Of a stretch of DNA of 64,000 nt, positions 42,090-56,249 are shown one piece after another. Origin of the DNA: Callorhinchus milii (taxonomy: Eukaryota); the NCBI RefSeq assembly GCF_018977255.1, contig NW_024704742.1, positions 96,722,001-96,786,000 on the forward strand, in the 5' to 3' direction. The notes under the pieces are model-generated. The model saw nothing but the letters and a program-made list of their open reading frames with translations, was not told the DNA's origin and ran no database searches. Within the stretch, counting starts at the first letter, position 1. Each line of letters opens with the position of its first letter. The position numbers and the translations under genes are program-made.

Positions 42090-42512
42090 TTAATAAATAA
42101 TATTAATCCTTGCATTTGATATACTGCCTTAGCAGGTTGAGATGTTTCAAAGTTTCACAGGATATACTGTAAAGTGATTTTGTTGCATATTTTGTGGGTG
42201 AAATGAGGCAGCCAGTTTGGGCACAGCAATGTCTCACAAGCAGCCTTTGAGTAAGTGACCAAGTTTTATTTGGGGGATTGTTGACCAAAACATCGGGAAA
42301 AAGTCCCTTCTCTTTTCAAATAGTATCATTGGATCTTTGACGTCCATAGGTAGATGGAACCTCAGTTTAGCTTCCAAAGGGCAGCACCTCCGACATTGCA
42401 ACATATCCCCAGGATTGTATTGGAGTGTCATCTTAGACTATGTGATTCCAAATCTGACATCCAGCTTGAACCTACAATCTTCTGACTCAAAGGAGTAAGA
42501 CCAGGCTGACAC
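42090..42512 (-). mobile_element. Near full-length Deu-domain SINE
   Basis: Reverse complement: tgagtcagaagattgtaggttcaag head, aaagatccaatgatactatttgaaaag core, caaatgcaaggatt tail. Confidence 0.8.
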
Positions 42513-43015
42513 ACTGCACCTTAAATCACCTTAAAATGTTCTAAGGCTTGAATATCACATTAATAATATAATAATAATCTTTACATTTAATACTGTTCTT
42601 TTCATAATGGGAGGACATCTCAAAGTGCTTCACAATAACAACAGTCACTTGCATTTACATTGCGCCTTTCACACAAGATAGCATCTCAGTTCGCTATCCT
42701 AGATATACTGTAAAGTGCACTGACCATATTTTGCAGGCGAACAACATTCAAATTACATTAAATGATCAACAATGTAACTGAAATGGAAGAGGTTTTCAGA
42801 ATTTTTTTTAAAAAGGACAAAGAAACAATTGCGGCCAAATGAAGACTGAATTGAAGAATTTCCCACAGTGTCTGCTCGATCCTAGATGCTAATACAAGTG
42901 TCTTAAGGCTAAGGCCATGTGTGATTTCTGGCCTCCAGTTTGGAAAATGATGAGTTGTCATCCATTGAAGAAATAAGGAGAGTTGATTAATCAGCTATAC
43001 CAATAACACTGGCAC

Positions 43016-43440
43016 TGTAGAAATTGCATCTGTGTGCATAGATTACCAAAGTGTTTGGAGAAAGGAGACCCAAATGAATTAATTCAAGACTAGTTTTAAC
43101 CTTGAGTCAAAAAATAATAAGATTGGAAAGAGCTCATAGGGTTGGAAAGCAATACCCCAAACCTAATAGGATTCAAATGACCATGATAATGCAATTTCAC
43201 GATTATGAAGATTGCCAGAAGGTTCCTGATACGGAGTCAGGCAGAGAGGAGAAATTAAGATCAATGGGAAGTGGGTAATAAGCTCTCAGACTTATCACCA
43301 CATTTACAATACAGAAGAGAATTTGACAGGGTTAAGAAAATGCTTTTGAAATTTTCCTCTCCTGTATTGATGGTAAATGGCTTGTCTTCTCTCTCACTGA
43401 GCTTGGCGAAGGTGATGGATTTTATTAATAAAAGAAGTAA
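43016..43440 (+). pseudogene. Decayed L1-clade ORF1p (RRM/C-terminal domain) relic
   Basis: Across frameshifts: CRNCICVHRLPKCLEKGDP (cf. RRNNIRIxGLPE), RLERAHRVG, IMQFHDYED, GEIKING, SDLSPHLQYRREFDRVKKML. Confidence 0.75.
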
Positions 43441-45611
43441 AAAAAACAAGCAAGTTTGGATGGACCCAATAACCTGCACAATTATTTGACAGTATAAATG
43501 CATTCTAATGTATGGAGACGCATGAATATTATTTTGCAAAGTAGTTACATAACATAACCTGTGCTGTGATATGGTATTAATATGGAAAATATGCATAAAA
43601 TATGCAGAGCTGGCTAGACTTGTGTGAAGTTTACTGACCTGAGCTGTAAACTCTTCTCTAGTTTCCACACATCCATGTGTTTAATGAAATCCGTTATATT
43701 CGGATCTGCAGCTTTTTATGCTGTGCTCTTCATGGGTGTGAAGAACAGCTCTTGACTTTTGAATAAGCCTCCAACACTTCTTAATGGCTTGGAAATGAAC
43801 ATCTTAAGGATAACATCCCTGAGCCATTGTTGAATTTATTGGAAAGTTGATGGGTCAGAGTCGACATCAGTTTTGTGAGGGAGGATCAGCTTTTAACAGT
43901 GGAGAATAATAAAACCTATGTTTCTACAAGAATAGTTTTCTTAAATAAATCTGGTTTCAAAAAATATTTATTGAAAAAATATATCACCATTATGATAAAT
44001 AATGTTACAGAATAGAGATTTAGGGGATAATCTGTAATATTTTCAACAGATTCTGTACGTTAAGAATTGTATTATCATCAAATTTCTAAAACATCAAACA
44101 TACTGACAAGAAGTTTCTAAAACATTATTGAATTCATTCTTTAACACTTTCAATGTTTTAGACCTTTGATCATCACACTTTTCTCATTTAGCTATCTACG
44201 TTCCGCCCACAAAATATACAGTCAATTCACTGTACAGTATATTTTGTGATGCGCTTTGAGATGTCTCACAGACGTGATAAGGTGCTATAGCAAATGCAAG
44301 GATTATTATTACCACAATTTAGAACCCATTCTCAACTCAAGGCATTGCTGTTGCGCTCTTATGCTTCACCTGGTGACCTTCAGATGACAAAGAAGTGGTA
44401 AAGCAGGAGGATACCATAAAAACATCTTTACCTTGATCATTATAATGCTCTCTGCAATTCTTAAGACTGGATGTGGGACAATTTCTGTTTTATTCAGTCC
44501 TGTAATATGCAACTTTCAGTTGTGAATGTGGAAAGTTATTTAATTTGAACCCTCCAGCTATTTGAATCCTGCAGCATTTTGAATAATTTACATGCATCCA
44601 CTTTATCAACTCACTGCCCAACCCGGCCTTGAAAACTTTCTTTTGGATATAAAATTTCTATAGCTAGAATCTTCTTGGCTGCTTGTCTCAATTCTGCAAT
44701 ACAAACATCTGCTCGAATCAAAGGATCATGTCTAATACATGCTCTGAGGGCATTTCAGTATCAATGGAATCAGATATGAAGCTCAAGCATAAAAATTTCT
44801 ATCACCTCATTTCTATTAATATCTTAGATTGACGCAATGTAGTTTAAAGTAGTAGTCCCTGTATTTGATATAGGGCCTTTCACATGAGGAGAATGCCTAT
44901 TATTGAAATGAGAAAACAAATGCAGTCCCATTGAATGAATGAGAACCTAATGGTGATGTTTACTCCATTTATCCCTATCCCAGTAACAGTGACCGTGTTT
45001 ACAGTGGTGAGCAGACAATGAAACAGGATGCATGCAAAATTATTAATGATATATTACAAGGAGAATAAAAAATCCGAACATTTGCAACACTAGGTACCCT
45101 CCACTTTCTTGTACTATGCTTTGTGCCAAGGCTATAGAAAGCAGCCCTAACAAATGCTGAGGTGCATGAGATATACCATTATCTAAAATTCACATTCATC
45201 TCGTCAAGCAACTTAGTCTGGCAAAATAATGTTCAGGAAAATCTTAGCGCATGTTTGTAATTCACAAGGTTTTCAGTCCTCTAAAGTGGATATTCTTTAA
45301 TCGACTGCCTCGAGTAACTGCAAGCGTGACTCACTATCCCATCATCTAGTTCTGGGCAAGTTAGCGTGAGATAGCCACAGGTCATCAGGAAGCACTTGTG
45401 GATACTGGCAGCATTTACAATGTGCAACTCGGAGTCCTCATTATCAACTTTGAATCTGAAACATTAGAGCTATGGCAGCTTGCATGCCAAGGTGCACTGC
45501 TTGGAACTCTCAAATGGGAATTGCGTAAAATGGATTAATAAAACTTGTCATGTCTCTCTGGGTGAACTTGACTAAATGACAAATACCAAAAAGCATCTAA
45601 CACTCATGTGC

Positions 45612-46640
45612 CAGCTTAGCTCAATTGTAGCACTCTCGCCTCTGAGTCAGAAGGTTGTGAGTTCAAGCCCTACATCAGGACCTGGAATCATACAGTCTAA
45701 GATGACACTCCCATGCAGTGCTGGGAGTGTGTTTCATTGTTGGAGGCACTGTCCTTTGCTGTCCTTAAGCCCAGGTCCTGTCTGCCTGTTCAGGTGGATA
45801 TTAAAGATCCCATGGCACGATTCGAGTAAGGAGTTTTTCCCGGTGTCCTGGCCAACAATCTCACCCAAATAAAAAAAGTTGGTTACTCCATCCATGGCTG
45901 TTTGGTCAACAATCCATGATCAACTTCCACATGTTCACGGATGACACCCAACTCTATCTCTCTGCCTCCACCCTCGATTCCAGGACAACTGACGTCCTGA
46001 CAGACTGTCTGTCAGACATTAAGTCCTGGATGAGAGCGAACTTTCTAAGGCTAAATGTCAGTAAGACTGAGGCCCTCCTGATTGGCTTGCACCAGAGCCT
46101 CCGCACCTCAGGTGCATTAGCTTCCTTGGATGCACACTGCATCTCACCAAGCCAGTCAGGAACCTGAGCGTCTTATTCTACAACGGTCCTTTCTTCCCCC
46201 ATATCCATGCCATGACCCACTCTGCCTTCCCCCACTACCGCAACATTGCCGGACTCTGCCACTGCCTCACCCCTCAGGCCGCCGAAACCTCATACACGCA
46301 TTCGTCACCTCGAGGATCGACTACGGAAACTCCCTCCTTGTCGATCTCCCCAACTCGTCCCTCCGCAAGCTGGAGATCATCCAGAACTCTGCAGCTTATG
46401 TCCTCTCCTGCACCAGGTTCTGTGTCCCCATCACCCCCACCCTCACCCGACTTCATTGGCTCCCCATCCCTCAGAGGATAGAATTCAAAATCCTCATCCT
46501 CACCTTCAAGGCCCTCCATGGGCACAATCAGTAAAATACACAATCAGTAAATTACAGTAAAATTCTGTGAAGCATTTTGAGACCTCTCGATGATGTGATA
46601 AGGCGCTAAACCAAATGCAAGGATGATTTTATTATTAATA
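45612..46640 (+). mobile_element. Deu-domain SINE split by an L2 RT fragment (45915-46520)
   Basis: tRNA-like head and Deu core, then NFHMFTDDTQLYL...[15 protein letters not shown], then the SINE tail resumes at ~46530. Confidence 0.88.
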
Positions 46641-47774
46641 CTGATCATTATTAACAACTTCCCTCAGTAGAAGCATCACAGAACAATGGAATGGTGGAAT
46701 GATGTGGGATGGTTTATCATGTTATACATTTACAAGTGTTTATTAGACTGTGTGTAATTCATATAAAATGATAACCATTTCTCACATTTAATTATGTAAT
46801 ACTTGCCCACATTTAATAACCTCATATGAAATGATGTTCCTTCAGTTTAAGTAGCTTACAGTGCATTTCAAAGAAATGCCTTCCTATTGTGCTTTTTACC
46901 GAACGCTATTTCATTGAGCTGAATGCTCATACAGTCAGCAGTAATACATATTAGCAATACAAATTTATGGATGAATGCATGATTGGACAATCTGTGTGAA
47001 GCTTCATGTCTCCTCTACACTTGTAGTATCCTTTTAAATGCCACAAAACCTTTCAGCAATTGCCCATCTTGCTGTAATTCAATTCTGCGACAGTTTTGGT
47101 ACATATGTGGCACAAAGTATTGTAACTGCAGAACTCTATAGCTTTCTTCACCACTTGTCCCATATTTAGTACAAATTGTGTTAATATCTCTACACCTCAA
47201 CTACATTAGCTCTTCATGTTCATTCAGCTAATTGTGTCGTCATTCGAAGCTTTGACAGTTTCCAGTTCCTCCCTCTCCTATTACTCATGGACATTTAGTT
47301 ACTGTTTCCATGAGTAACAGCAGGCTACCATCACATTTATATGCAGATAAATGTAAATAGCTTTTTCTTTTGAAATCTGCGTGACAACTATAATATTGCT
47401 TTGCTAGAAATCAAAGCTTCCCTTTTCCATTCACCACATCTTACAGTACATAAATGAATAATAACAATCCTTGCATTTTGATATACTACGCCTTATCATA
47501 CTATTAAAGCATTTCACAAAATTTTACTGTAGAAGATAGTGACTTTGTGTATTTTGTAGGTGAACAAGTCATTACAAGAGAAAATGGGCATCGGTTTGTC
47601 ATTTCCCCATTAAACAAATACACAGCAGAATTGAAGCTCAGGTGTTCAATTTGATGAACTGTACACATTTAATAGCAAGCAAAATTTTACCTGTTTGGTA
47701 GATATGTCTCTGAAGAGGAAATGCATTGATGGATACAAGAATAATGTGAAGAATTGTAAGGAAAAATGGAAAAT

Positions 47775-48570
47775 AATAAGCAGTTGAAACAAATAATATC
47801 AGAATACTATATAATTCTCTTCCACTGAAAAGTGCATATTAAATAATTTCAGCTGTTATACATTACTACCTGAAGAGCTTTGGAGGATTTAACAGTGGAG
47901 ATGTTCATCATACTGTACTTCAGCCAATGGATCATCCTATTCCTTTTCAGGTGCTCATTAAATGTCTACAGCAGTCTAAATGAAGGTAGAAAAAAAGAAG
48001 TACTTGCCTTCTATATCAAAACATCTCTAAGTGCTTTAGAGTAATTATTGTCAAGTGTAGTGACCATTTTCTACAGGGAAAACACCGCAAGGATTTTGCA
48101 CACAGCAAGATCTCAAGAATAGACATGAGGTGAATTATATAGAGTTATATAGAACATTAGAGTAGGGAAACAGGCCATTTGGTCCAACTAAGGTTGACCT
48201 AACGTTAAAACACACTTTGAAACAGGCCTCACTTTAGTGCAAGCAACTCACATCAAGTCCAAGGCCATTCTTTCACTGGAACACATTTCATTTCTTGACA
48301 ATAGGATAAATTTGGATAACACAGGCATAGAAAGTGTACTGCCTATGATCCAAAGATTAGCACTGGATTTCCAGAGGTGGTAGACATAATATTATTCCAG
48401 AGTTTGACTGAAGCTATTAATGGGGCAGCTTTGCCAAAGATAACATATTATTTCAATATGCTCTCACAGTCAATTAGATTTTGTTTCTATATAACTGGAG
48501 ATTTTTGTTAAAATATTTCTCATGGAATGCTAAACATGGAATGGTAAATGTAAAGATAATGATGATCAAG
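47775..48570 (+). pseudogene. Decayed L1-clade ORF2 (RT and thumb) relic with small inserts
   Basis: NNIR motif, PMIQRLALDFQRW, ALPKITYYFNML, FSWNAKH; compare the fish L1 pattern PLIxKIxxDLxRW...LPKxxYLF...FIWxGK. Confidence 0.6.
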
Positions 48571-49039
48571 TTTTCATTCCCCAGAACTATTTAGTTAACA
48601 CCTGTCCCACCAAATGAGGCCTTGACTGAGGTGTCTCTGTCCTAATGCACTTGGACCTGATCCAAGCCGGCTGTTCAATGAAAAGGAGTTGGCAGTCAAC
48701 TCAAGCTATGCTTTCTCTTACATGCCAAGAAAAACACTTAGCTTGGAGGCAGTCCATACCTTTAAATCACATATTGGACCTTTAGGAGCATATATAAATA
48801 AATGAGCATCATAGTGTTTCCATCGTTGAAATTAGCAGATTGGTAAACAACGTTTTGTTTTGTGTAGGAGGTTCCATAATTAATTGGAGTGCCTGGAAAA
48901 GTGATACGAGTCTGACAAGTTCCAGTTGAATTGTGAGCAGAAAAGTTGGAATACTTACAGATATGTTTGCAATCAACCTCATGATCATTTTATATTTGAA
49001 ATATTCTACGTTGATCGGTAATTCTGCTAGATGATGGAC

Positions 49040-49205
49040 AAATAAGATGTTGAATCTATTGGGAAATTTAAAATGGAGATGGTTTGTAAGGGTATTAAGG
49101 GATAATAGAGAAAGGTGAAGAAATTAGATTAAAAGAAGTGCCATAATCTAATAAAATGAAGGAATAGACTTGAAAGGCAAAATGACCTATTTCGTGTTCC
49201 TACCT
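49040..49205 (+). mobile_element. Decayed HER1/CR1 3' end
   Basis: aagggtattaaggga...gccataatctaataaaatg...gacttgaaaggcaaaatgacctat. Confidence 0.65.
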
Positions 49206-51189
49206 GACTATGAGGTGTAATTTGCTATGAGATAGAGTTTGTGCCATTATTTTTATTAACCCTTCAAGAGAAAAGTTGCTTGTGGAAACAAGTCAAAAGA
49301 TCATTTTTGAGAGGAGGGGGTTCCACCTCATAATTGTTAAATATAAATGTTAAATAAATAGTTATTGAACAGTGCAGATTATACCCACAATGTTTAATCA
49401 CCCGTTGCTTGTAATTATCACAAGGAATACTTTGGAATCTCTGCAAATCTTCTACTGTTTGATAGCAAACACAACTCCACTGACAAACTCATCTTCCAAC
49501 AACAACAAAATTACATTTGTATAGCACCTTTTTCGTCTGGAGGACATCCCAAGGTGCTGGACAATGAGTGTTTCGGACCCGAGCTGGGGTTCAGGATCAG
49601 GGAGGGTGAAGGGCAATGGGAGAAGGACAGTGATCGAAGGCACAGTCGAAGAGGAGGGTCTCATCTCCACACTGAATCCAGAGTTTGCAGGTAATTTGTA
49701 TTTTGCATTTGAGATTTAGTCCACCTGCCATCCTGGAGGCAAATTCTGAGACAAGGAGTAGAGAAAAGCAACTTAACTCCGTTGTTTTCCTGTCTGTTGC
49801 ACTGCTTGCCAATATTCAGCACCAGTTTGAGAGCTTGGTTTTCCTCAGATTATAACTGTTGTGCTGAGAAACGTGATGATATCCAGGATGTTGGCCCCAT
49901 TTAATGTTGTAATGGGGAGATGGTACAGTAGATATTCTGGAAGGGAGAGTCAATCAATCTTGTGATCTTGAGAACTGAATGAAAACGAAATTGTCCATCG
50001 AAAAGATGATCCAAGTTTTGCCTCCCCATCTCTGAAAAACCCTCTTCAATTACAAACATTGAGCTCCTCGGCTTGTTAATCACATCTGATCTACACTCAG
50101 ACAAACAACGAAGCTGGCTGGAAAGCTGGAAAAAAAAATTGGATGTCTTATGAAAGTTTAGCCCTATCAGCAGTTCAGTATTCTAGTGAGTCTCAGAGCA
50201 GATCCATTGTGCAGTAATAAAATCCTGTTGGACACATTGCAGAGAAAACCCATCTCTTGCTCTTGCCCTTCATATATTTCAAATTCATGAAGACCGACCG
50301 ATGGATGTGATGAGGATCATCTCTGTCACACTGGTGCCCATCCTCTATAGTGTCAAAGAGGTACGGCCAGACAGTCTGTCCATACAAAGCTGACTAGATC
50401 ATTACTACAAGAGCTGCTGACACTCAATTCAGACCATTGTGTTTAGGCCAGACACACACAGAATGCTGAGGTGCAGCTTTTCCTAACAGTCTAAAGATCT
50501 GCACAGAATGATAGCTTCACATACTGTCTCTCCCGCTTGTCAAACAATCTCGCAGACTGTGTCAAGGCCTGGGTCAGACAGAAGTTTAAATGGGGAATCA
50601 ACAGTTAGATGTTGAACCATGGTTGCTGAAAAGTGCACAAAGCTGTGGGAATTCCATTGGTTATTGTGCTCCAGTGCAATTTCTATGGTGGACAAAATTA
50701 TATATAATGATGGTGGTGGTGGTGTGGTGGGTAGGGGGAAGATGAGTCATCTTGTACAATTCAATCATGCTATTTTTGAACTAAAGAACACAGTACTGAA
50801 GGTTAAAGTGATGGGCTATGATGCTCAGGAAATCTGCACACTGTTTTTCTTATCAATAATCCCTTATGTTTATTACATTGGATTGGTAATTAAACTCAAA
50901 GCTTACCAACTTCACCTCTTCCTCCCCCACTCACTCAATACCATCCTCTGCCAATATATACCGGTGGCTTGTTTAAATGCTCTGAAGTGTTTTTGAGTAG
51001 GGGTTGTAGAGTGTTGTGTATTAATTGAATCTTATTCATACAAACAATAGCTGAGTGGACACTGATTAAGCAGAAAGTACATTCTGTTGAATTGTTACCA
51101 ATGTATCATTGAAGAAAGGGGGAGGAGAAGATTATTATTAATAAATAATAATAATTTGGTCACTCAATCCATGACTGTTTGTGGGACAC

Positions 51190-51780
51190 AACAACAACAA
51201 CAAATTTCATTTATAGAGCGCCTTTCACGTTGGGAGGACGTCCCAATGCGCTGGACAATTGGGTCGGGACCCGAGCAGGGGGGAAATGGTCAGGGTGAGG
51301 GGAGGGAAGGGAGGGAGCGAGGAGGGGGTAGAGAGTTGAGAGAGGAGCTGAAGGCATGGTCAAAGAGAAAGGTCTTGAGACCGGCCTTGAAGAAGGAAAG
51401 GGAGGAAGCAAGGCGAAGGCACTGGGGGATGGAGTTCCAGAGCCTCGGGGCTGAAGGCCCTGTCACCGATGGTAGGGCGGTTGGGGCGGGGGATGTGGAG
51501 CAGACCGGAGCCAGAGGAACGGAGGGTATGGGCAGGTAAGTAGGGGGATAGTAGGTCGGAGAGGTAGGAGGGAATGGCCTTGTAGGTGAGGATGAGGATC
51601 TTGAATTTGATCCTCTGGGGGATGGGGAGCCAGTGGAGGCGAGCGAGGGTGGGAGTGATGTGGTCCCAAAGCCTGGTGCATGACAGTACACTCGCTGCAG
51701 AGTTCTGAATGACCTGCAGCTTGTAGAGGGAGGTGCCGGGAAGGAGAAGAGAGTTCCCATAGTCCAGCCTTGAGGTGACA
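51190..51780 (-). mobile_element. Young L2 inserted in a plus-strand SINE (51140-51190 and 51781-51930)
   Basis: SINE sequence tgtgggacac|tgctgtgcaattggc is split by the L2; gacac is present at both junctions. Confidence 0.92.
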
Positions 51781-51969
51781 CTGCTGTGCAATTGGCTCCT
51801 ATGTTTCGTCCATTAAATTTTCAGTCAATTCACTTTACAATATATTCTGTGAAGTGCTTTAAGACATTTCGAAGATGTGATAAGGCATTATATCAAATTA
51901 AAGGATTGTCAAAAAAAAGGATTATATTATTATGATGGCCTTAAGTCAGCCAGGGAACACTGGAAACAA

Positions 51970-52190
51970 TCATAGAACATTTCCAGCACAGACGGAGGCC
52001 ATCCAGACCATTGCACTGGTTGTAACTTGCCACTGGAGCTATCCTCTAATTCTATTCCCCTGCAATTTCTCCCATGCTCCTTAAATTATTTCTACTCAAT
52101 TATTTACTCACTTACTTTTAACTGGACTCAGCTTCAACTGCCACTGATAGTAAGGCATTCCACACTCTAACCACCCTCTGTGTTTAAAAT
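51970..52190 (-). mobile_element. CR1 3' end
   Basis: Reverse complement: cagagggtggttagagtgtggaatgcctta...gttgaagctgag...tggcctccgtctgtgctg. Confidence 0.75.
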
Positions 52191-52394
52191 ATTCAAGGAC
52201 TGTTTTTGAGTGGCATTGAAGCTAAGTAGATAATTGTTAATTTCTGCAGAATGATTAATCACAGTGGAAACCTAGAAATTGAATGCTAGTATGGCTGTCA
52301 AATCTATTTCGTGATTAATAATAATAATAATCCTTAAAGCATAGCACCTTTCAGGAGGATGTCTCAAAGAGCTTACAGGATATTGTAAGGTAAA

Positions 52395-53146
52395 CCTCCA
52401 CCTCACCAAACCAGTTAGGAACCTAGGCATCTTGTTCGACCCTCAACTGTTCTTTTTCCTTCATATATGTGCCATGACTCACTCTGCCTTCCCCCGCCTC
52501 TGCAATGTTGCTTGACTCCGCCACTATCTCAACCCTCAGGCGGCGGAAACTCTCAAACACGCATTCGTCACCTCAAGGATCGTCTACGGAAACTCCCTCC
52601 TTGTCCACCTCCCTAGCTCTTCCCTCCACAAGCTGCAGATCATCTAGAACTCTGCAGCTCATGTCCTTTCCCGCACCAGGCTCCATGACCCCATCACGCC
52701 CACCCTCGCCCGATTCCACTCGCTCCCCATCCCTCAGAGGATAGAATTCAAAATCCTTGTCCTCACTTTCAAGGCCCTCCATGACCTTGCCCCCTCCCAC
52801 ATCTCTGAACTGCTGACCTCCTATCAACCTGTCCATTCCCTCCGCTCAGCAGGCTCCAGCCTGCTCCAGGTCTCCCGCCAGACCCGGCCTACCATTGGCG
52901 ACCGGGCTTTCAGCCTCTCTGCCCCCAGCCTTTGGATCTCCATCCCACAATCCCCTCACCTGCTCCCTCTCTTGCCTCTTTCAAGGCACAACTCAAGACC
53001 CTCCTTTTTGACTGTGCCTTCTGCCGCCCTCCTACCCCCTCTGCCCTCCACCCATGCTCGGGTCCTGATCCCCAACTGTTCAGCACGTTGGGATGTTCTC
53101 CTGATGTGAAAGGCGTTTACAAATGTAATTTTGTTGTTGTTGTTGT
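52395..53146 (+). mobile_element. L2 3' fragment
   Basis: [26 protein letters not shown]; (TTG)n tail. Confidence 0.9.
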
Positions 53147-54329
53147 AAATACAGCAGCCAATTTGCACACAGCAAAGTCCCACAAACAGCCACGAAATGA
53201 ATGACCAATTCTATTTGGGGGGTGATTAGCCTGAGCCACATGCAAGTTAGGTGTGATTAACATGCCTTGCTAATATGTTCTCATTTTAGGGTAACAAATG
53301 TAACTTTCACGATTGATAAAGACAAGCCTAATCGGTTGAGCTATCACGGACTTCTATTCTGTGAAATAACATAATGTGCTGATTCTATTAATACATAAGC
53401 CCTGTGAGTATAGCCAACATAACCTTCAAGGGGCTTATTATGCTTCCTTAGCAATTTTAGACATGTATAAATAGTCTTATAAGTATCTTCAAAATACTGT
53501 ATATTTTGTATTTGCACAAAGTGACAATGTTACTAATCTGAGTAAATATAGCAGGGAAAAGAGCAGAATAACTATCGGAATAACTATCGGAGATAGGAGT
53601 TCTGTCTGTTCAGTTTGTAAGGTTAATTAAATTTGTGACCCTGCGGTGAAGTAAGGACCAACCCAAATTTTCTTTTTCAGTAGTGGTAAAATTTAATTAA
53701 AATATTAGTAAAGAAATGCATATCAAAGTTATATATTTCATCAAATCAAATTAATGCTTACAACAGGTTAGTAAAGTTCACTGCAGTGGGTTGATCGGAT
53801 CAATATAGTGGCTTTTATGTAGGAATCGACTTGTTAACATGCATTGATCCATGTTGATAGTTGTATATCCCTCTTTCCTCGAGATTGGTTGTGATTAGCT
53901 GCTCCATTCTCTCTTCTCTGATATAACTGTTAGAAACATCAGCTACAAACCAAGGACAAACTTTATCAAAATTTGACAGCTTTTTTCAAAACAAGTTCTT
54001 TGTCCCACGATGATTTTGAAGAAAACTTTGTTCTGTAAACATGCTTACACTGTCCTTAGCTTTCAAGAAGCTGCGATTTTTCTGAAGAAAACAAGTCCAT
54101 GAGTCTCTGCGATTTTTCTTTGATCAACTCAAACAATCCAGAATTCTGGGATTGCTTAGAAGTTACAGATGGAAATGACAATTTACATAAACAAGTGTGA
54201 TGATGAAGTGCATTGGATCACAATCAGAGTGTTAGGACACAGTTTTACTTCATCAGGCCCTAGAATCAGCGGTATTGCTGTGTGGAGATGTGTGGAGATC
54301 AGTGGAACCCCAAATCCCACCAAGATGGG

Positions 54330-54562
54330 ATTTTCAGCCACTACGCCCTGAAATTCTGGAACATTCTCCCTCAATCTCTCCACCTTGCCCCTTCTCCCCT
54401 TTTTCAAGTCCCGCCTGAAAACCTTACTCTTCAACCATGCTTACGGCCACCTCCCGCCCATACCAACACCCTGCCCCACCCTCGGAGTCAGTTCCGCCAC
54501 TGTTAAGCACTCTAAGATGCTATCCTGCATGGAGGGCGCTATATAAGTCAAGTTGTTGTTGT
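54330..54562 (+). mobile_element. Older L2 3' end
   Basis: ttcagccactacgccc...gagggcgctatataagtcaagttgttgttg. Confidence 0.8.
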
Positions 54563-56249
54563 AGATTTAGCCTGTATGATCTTAATTTATCTTAAATTGC
54601 AAAGTCATGCAGGATTGTGGAAAATTCTGAAATCTAGTCTTAATTTGTAATCTGTTTTCCAATAATTCTTAAAAATAATCACTTCCAAATTGACTGAATT
54701 TAAGTATTATCCACAGTTGAGTCGGATCCTGTCTTCTCACTTAATAATAATCGCATTTGACATAGCGCCTCATCATGTCGATGAGATATCTCAAAGCGCT
54801 TATGTTGTAAAGTGGAATTTACTGTGTGTTTTTGGGGAGAAACAAAATACATGTGTACTTTCTAGCAGGGGAGACCGAAAACAGATCAGGAACAGGCTGA
54901 TTTTTGCCGACATTCACACAAAGAGGTGAGGCTAATCCTAATACTCCAACTGCTCTGCTCACGTGAGGTCAGCTGACCTTCAAGCAAACCCTTCAAAACT
55001 GCAAACATCTGTCCTGTAAACGATGCAGCTACAAGGGGCGGCAATGACCTCACCTAACCTACTAGTCCTTCGAGGAATTGTTACTAATATTTTTTACAGC
55101 CAGTAGCAGTGAGAAGAAAGACATGAAAAGCAGGTACTGGTATATGCATGTTGTGCTTCTTTCTCATATCAAAGGGTTGTTCCGCTTAATTTAAAATGCT
55201 TTGCGCTGAAATTCTGGAGTCTTATTAAAATAAACATTAGTAGTGAGTGAATATGTGCTTTCCCATCTGGTCTGCCTGCACTAATCCTGCCCTGTGAACA
55301 TTATTTTTGAGCTTGTAATTGGTTGTCACCTCTTTCATCTGCTCCTCCACACCTCGCCCCCATCACCCCACATCAAACTGAAAATGCTCACAGCTTTTGA
55401 TGAGATAAGTTGAGACAGGCAACTTGAAATGTAAGAGAGAAAAGCCAATTTAACAATAAAACAGCATAAATAAGATTTACAAATTAAGTAGTTCTTTCAA
55501 TACTAAATGCTCAAGCAAGACATCCATCTTTTTGTGGTTTTATTTGCTTCATAGTATGGGTGAAAAGGAGCCAAATAGTGAGCATGATGGAAAATAGCAA
55601 GAGAACCCTTGGCTAATTGTTCCTATTCTCACTGATTTACCAGAAAGAACCAATGTAAAGTAGCTAAAAACGAACGGCAACTGTGCTGCTAAGTCAAGGT
55701 TTTTTCAGTGATACACACTTCATCAAAATGGATGAACTGGAAACATAGCCTTATTGTCACAATGAATGAACCGTAGCTCCACACAGAAAAATATGCAATG
55801 ACTCACAGTTTGGCTTGTCTTTTCTGGATCAAATAATCTATTAAAACCCCATAGCATCTTGAATATACTTTGCACTTGGAAGATTAGATTTTAAATGTGT
55901 AATTTTTTGGTGAAGGTATGGATTACCAGTGCGGGAAATAGGGAAGCTATTTAGCTTTTGTCACTGTCAGTATACAAGCATTCCTAGGTCAGATGTAACG
56001 TGTGTTAGATGCAGATTACTGCTTCCACTGCTTCTACTTTAAGGCCAAACCCAAAAGACTACTGCAACTGTATCAATGCAGTTTTTCCTTTCCCCACATC
56101 AGCCATACTTCAGACTTTGTTCAAACAAAGATGCCAACTTGTGCAAAATTCTGGGCAGCTTTATACTGAAAACAGGCATTCACCTTAGAATTGAGTTTAA
56201 GCTCCCCAGTTTAATTTCATGTAAGACTCTTTTGTTCCATAACTTTGAG

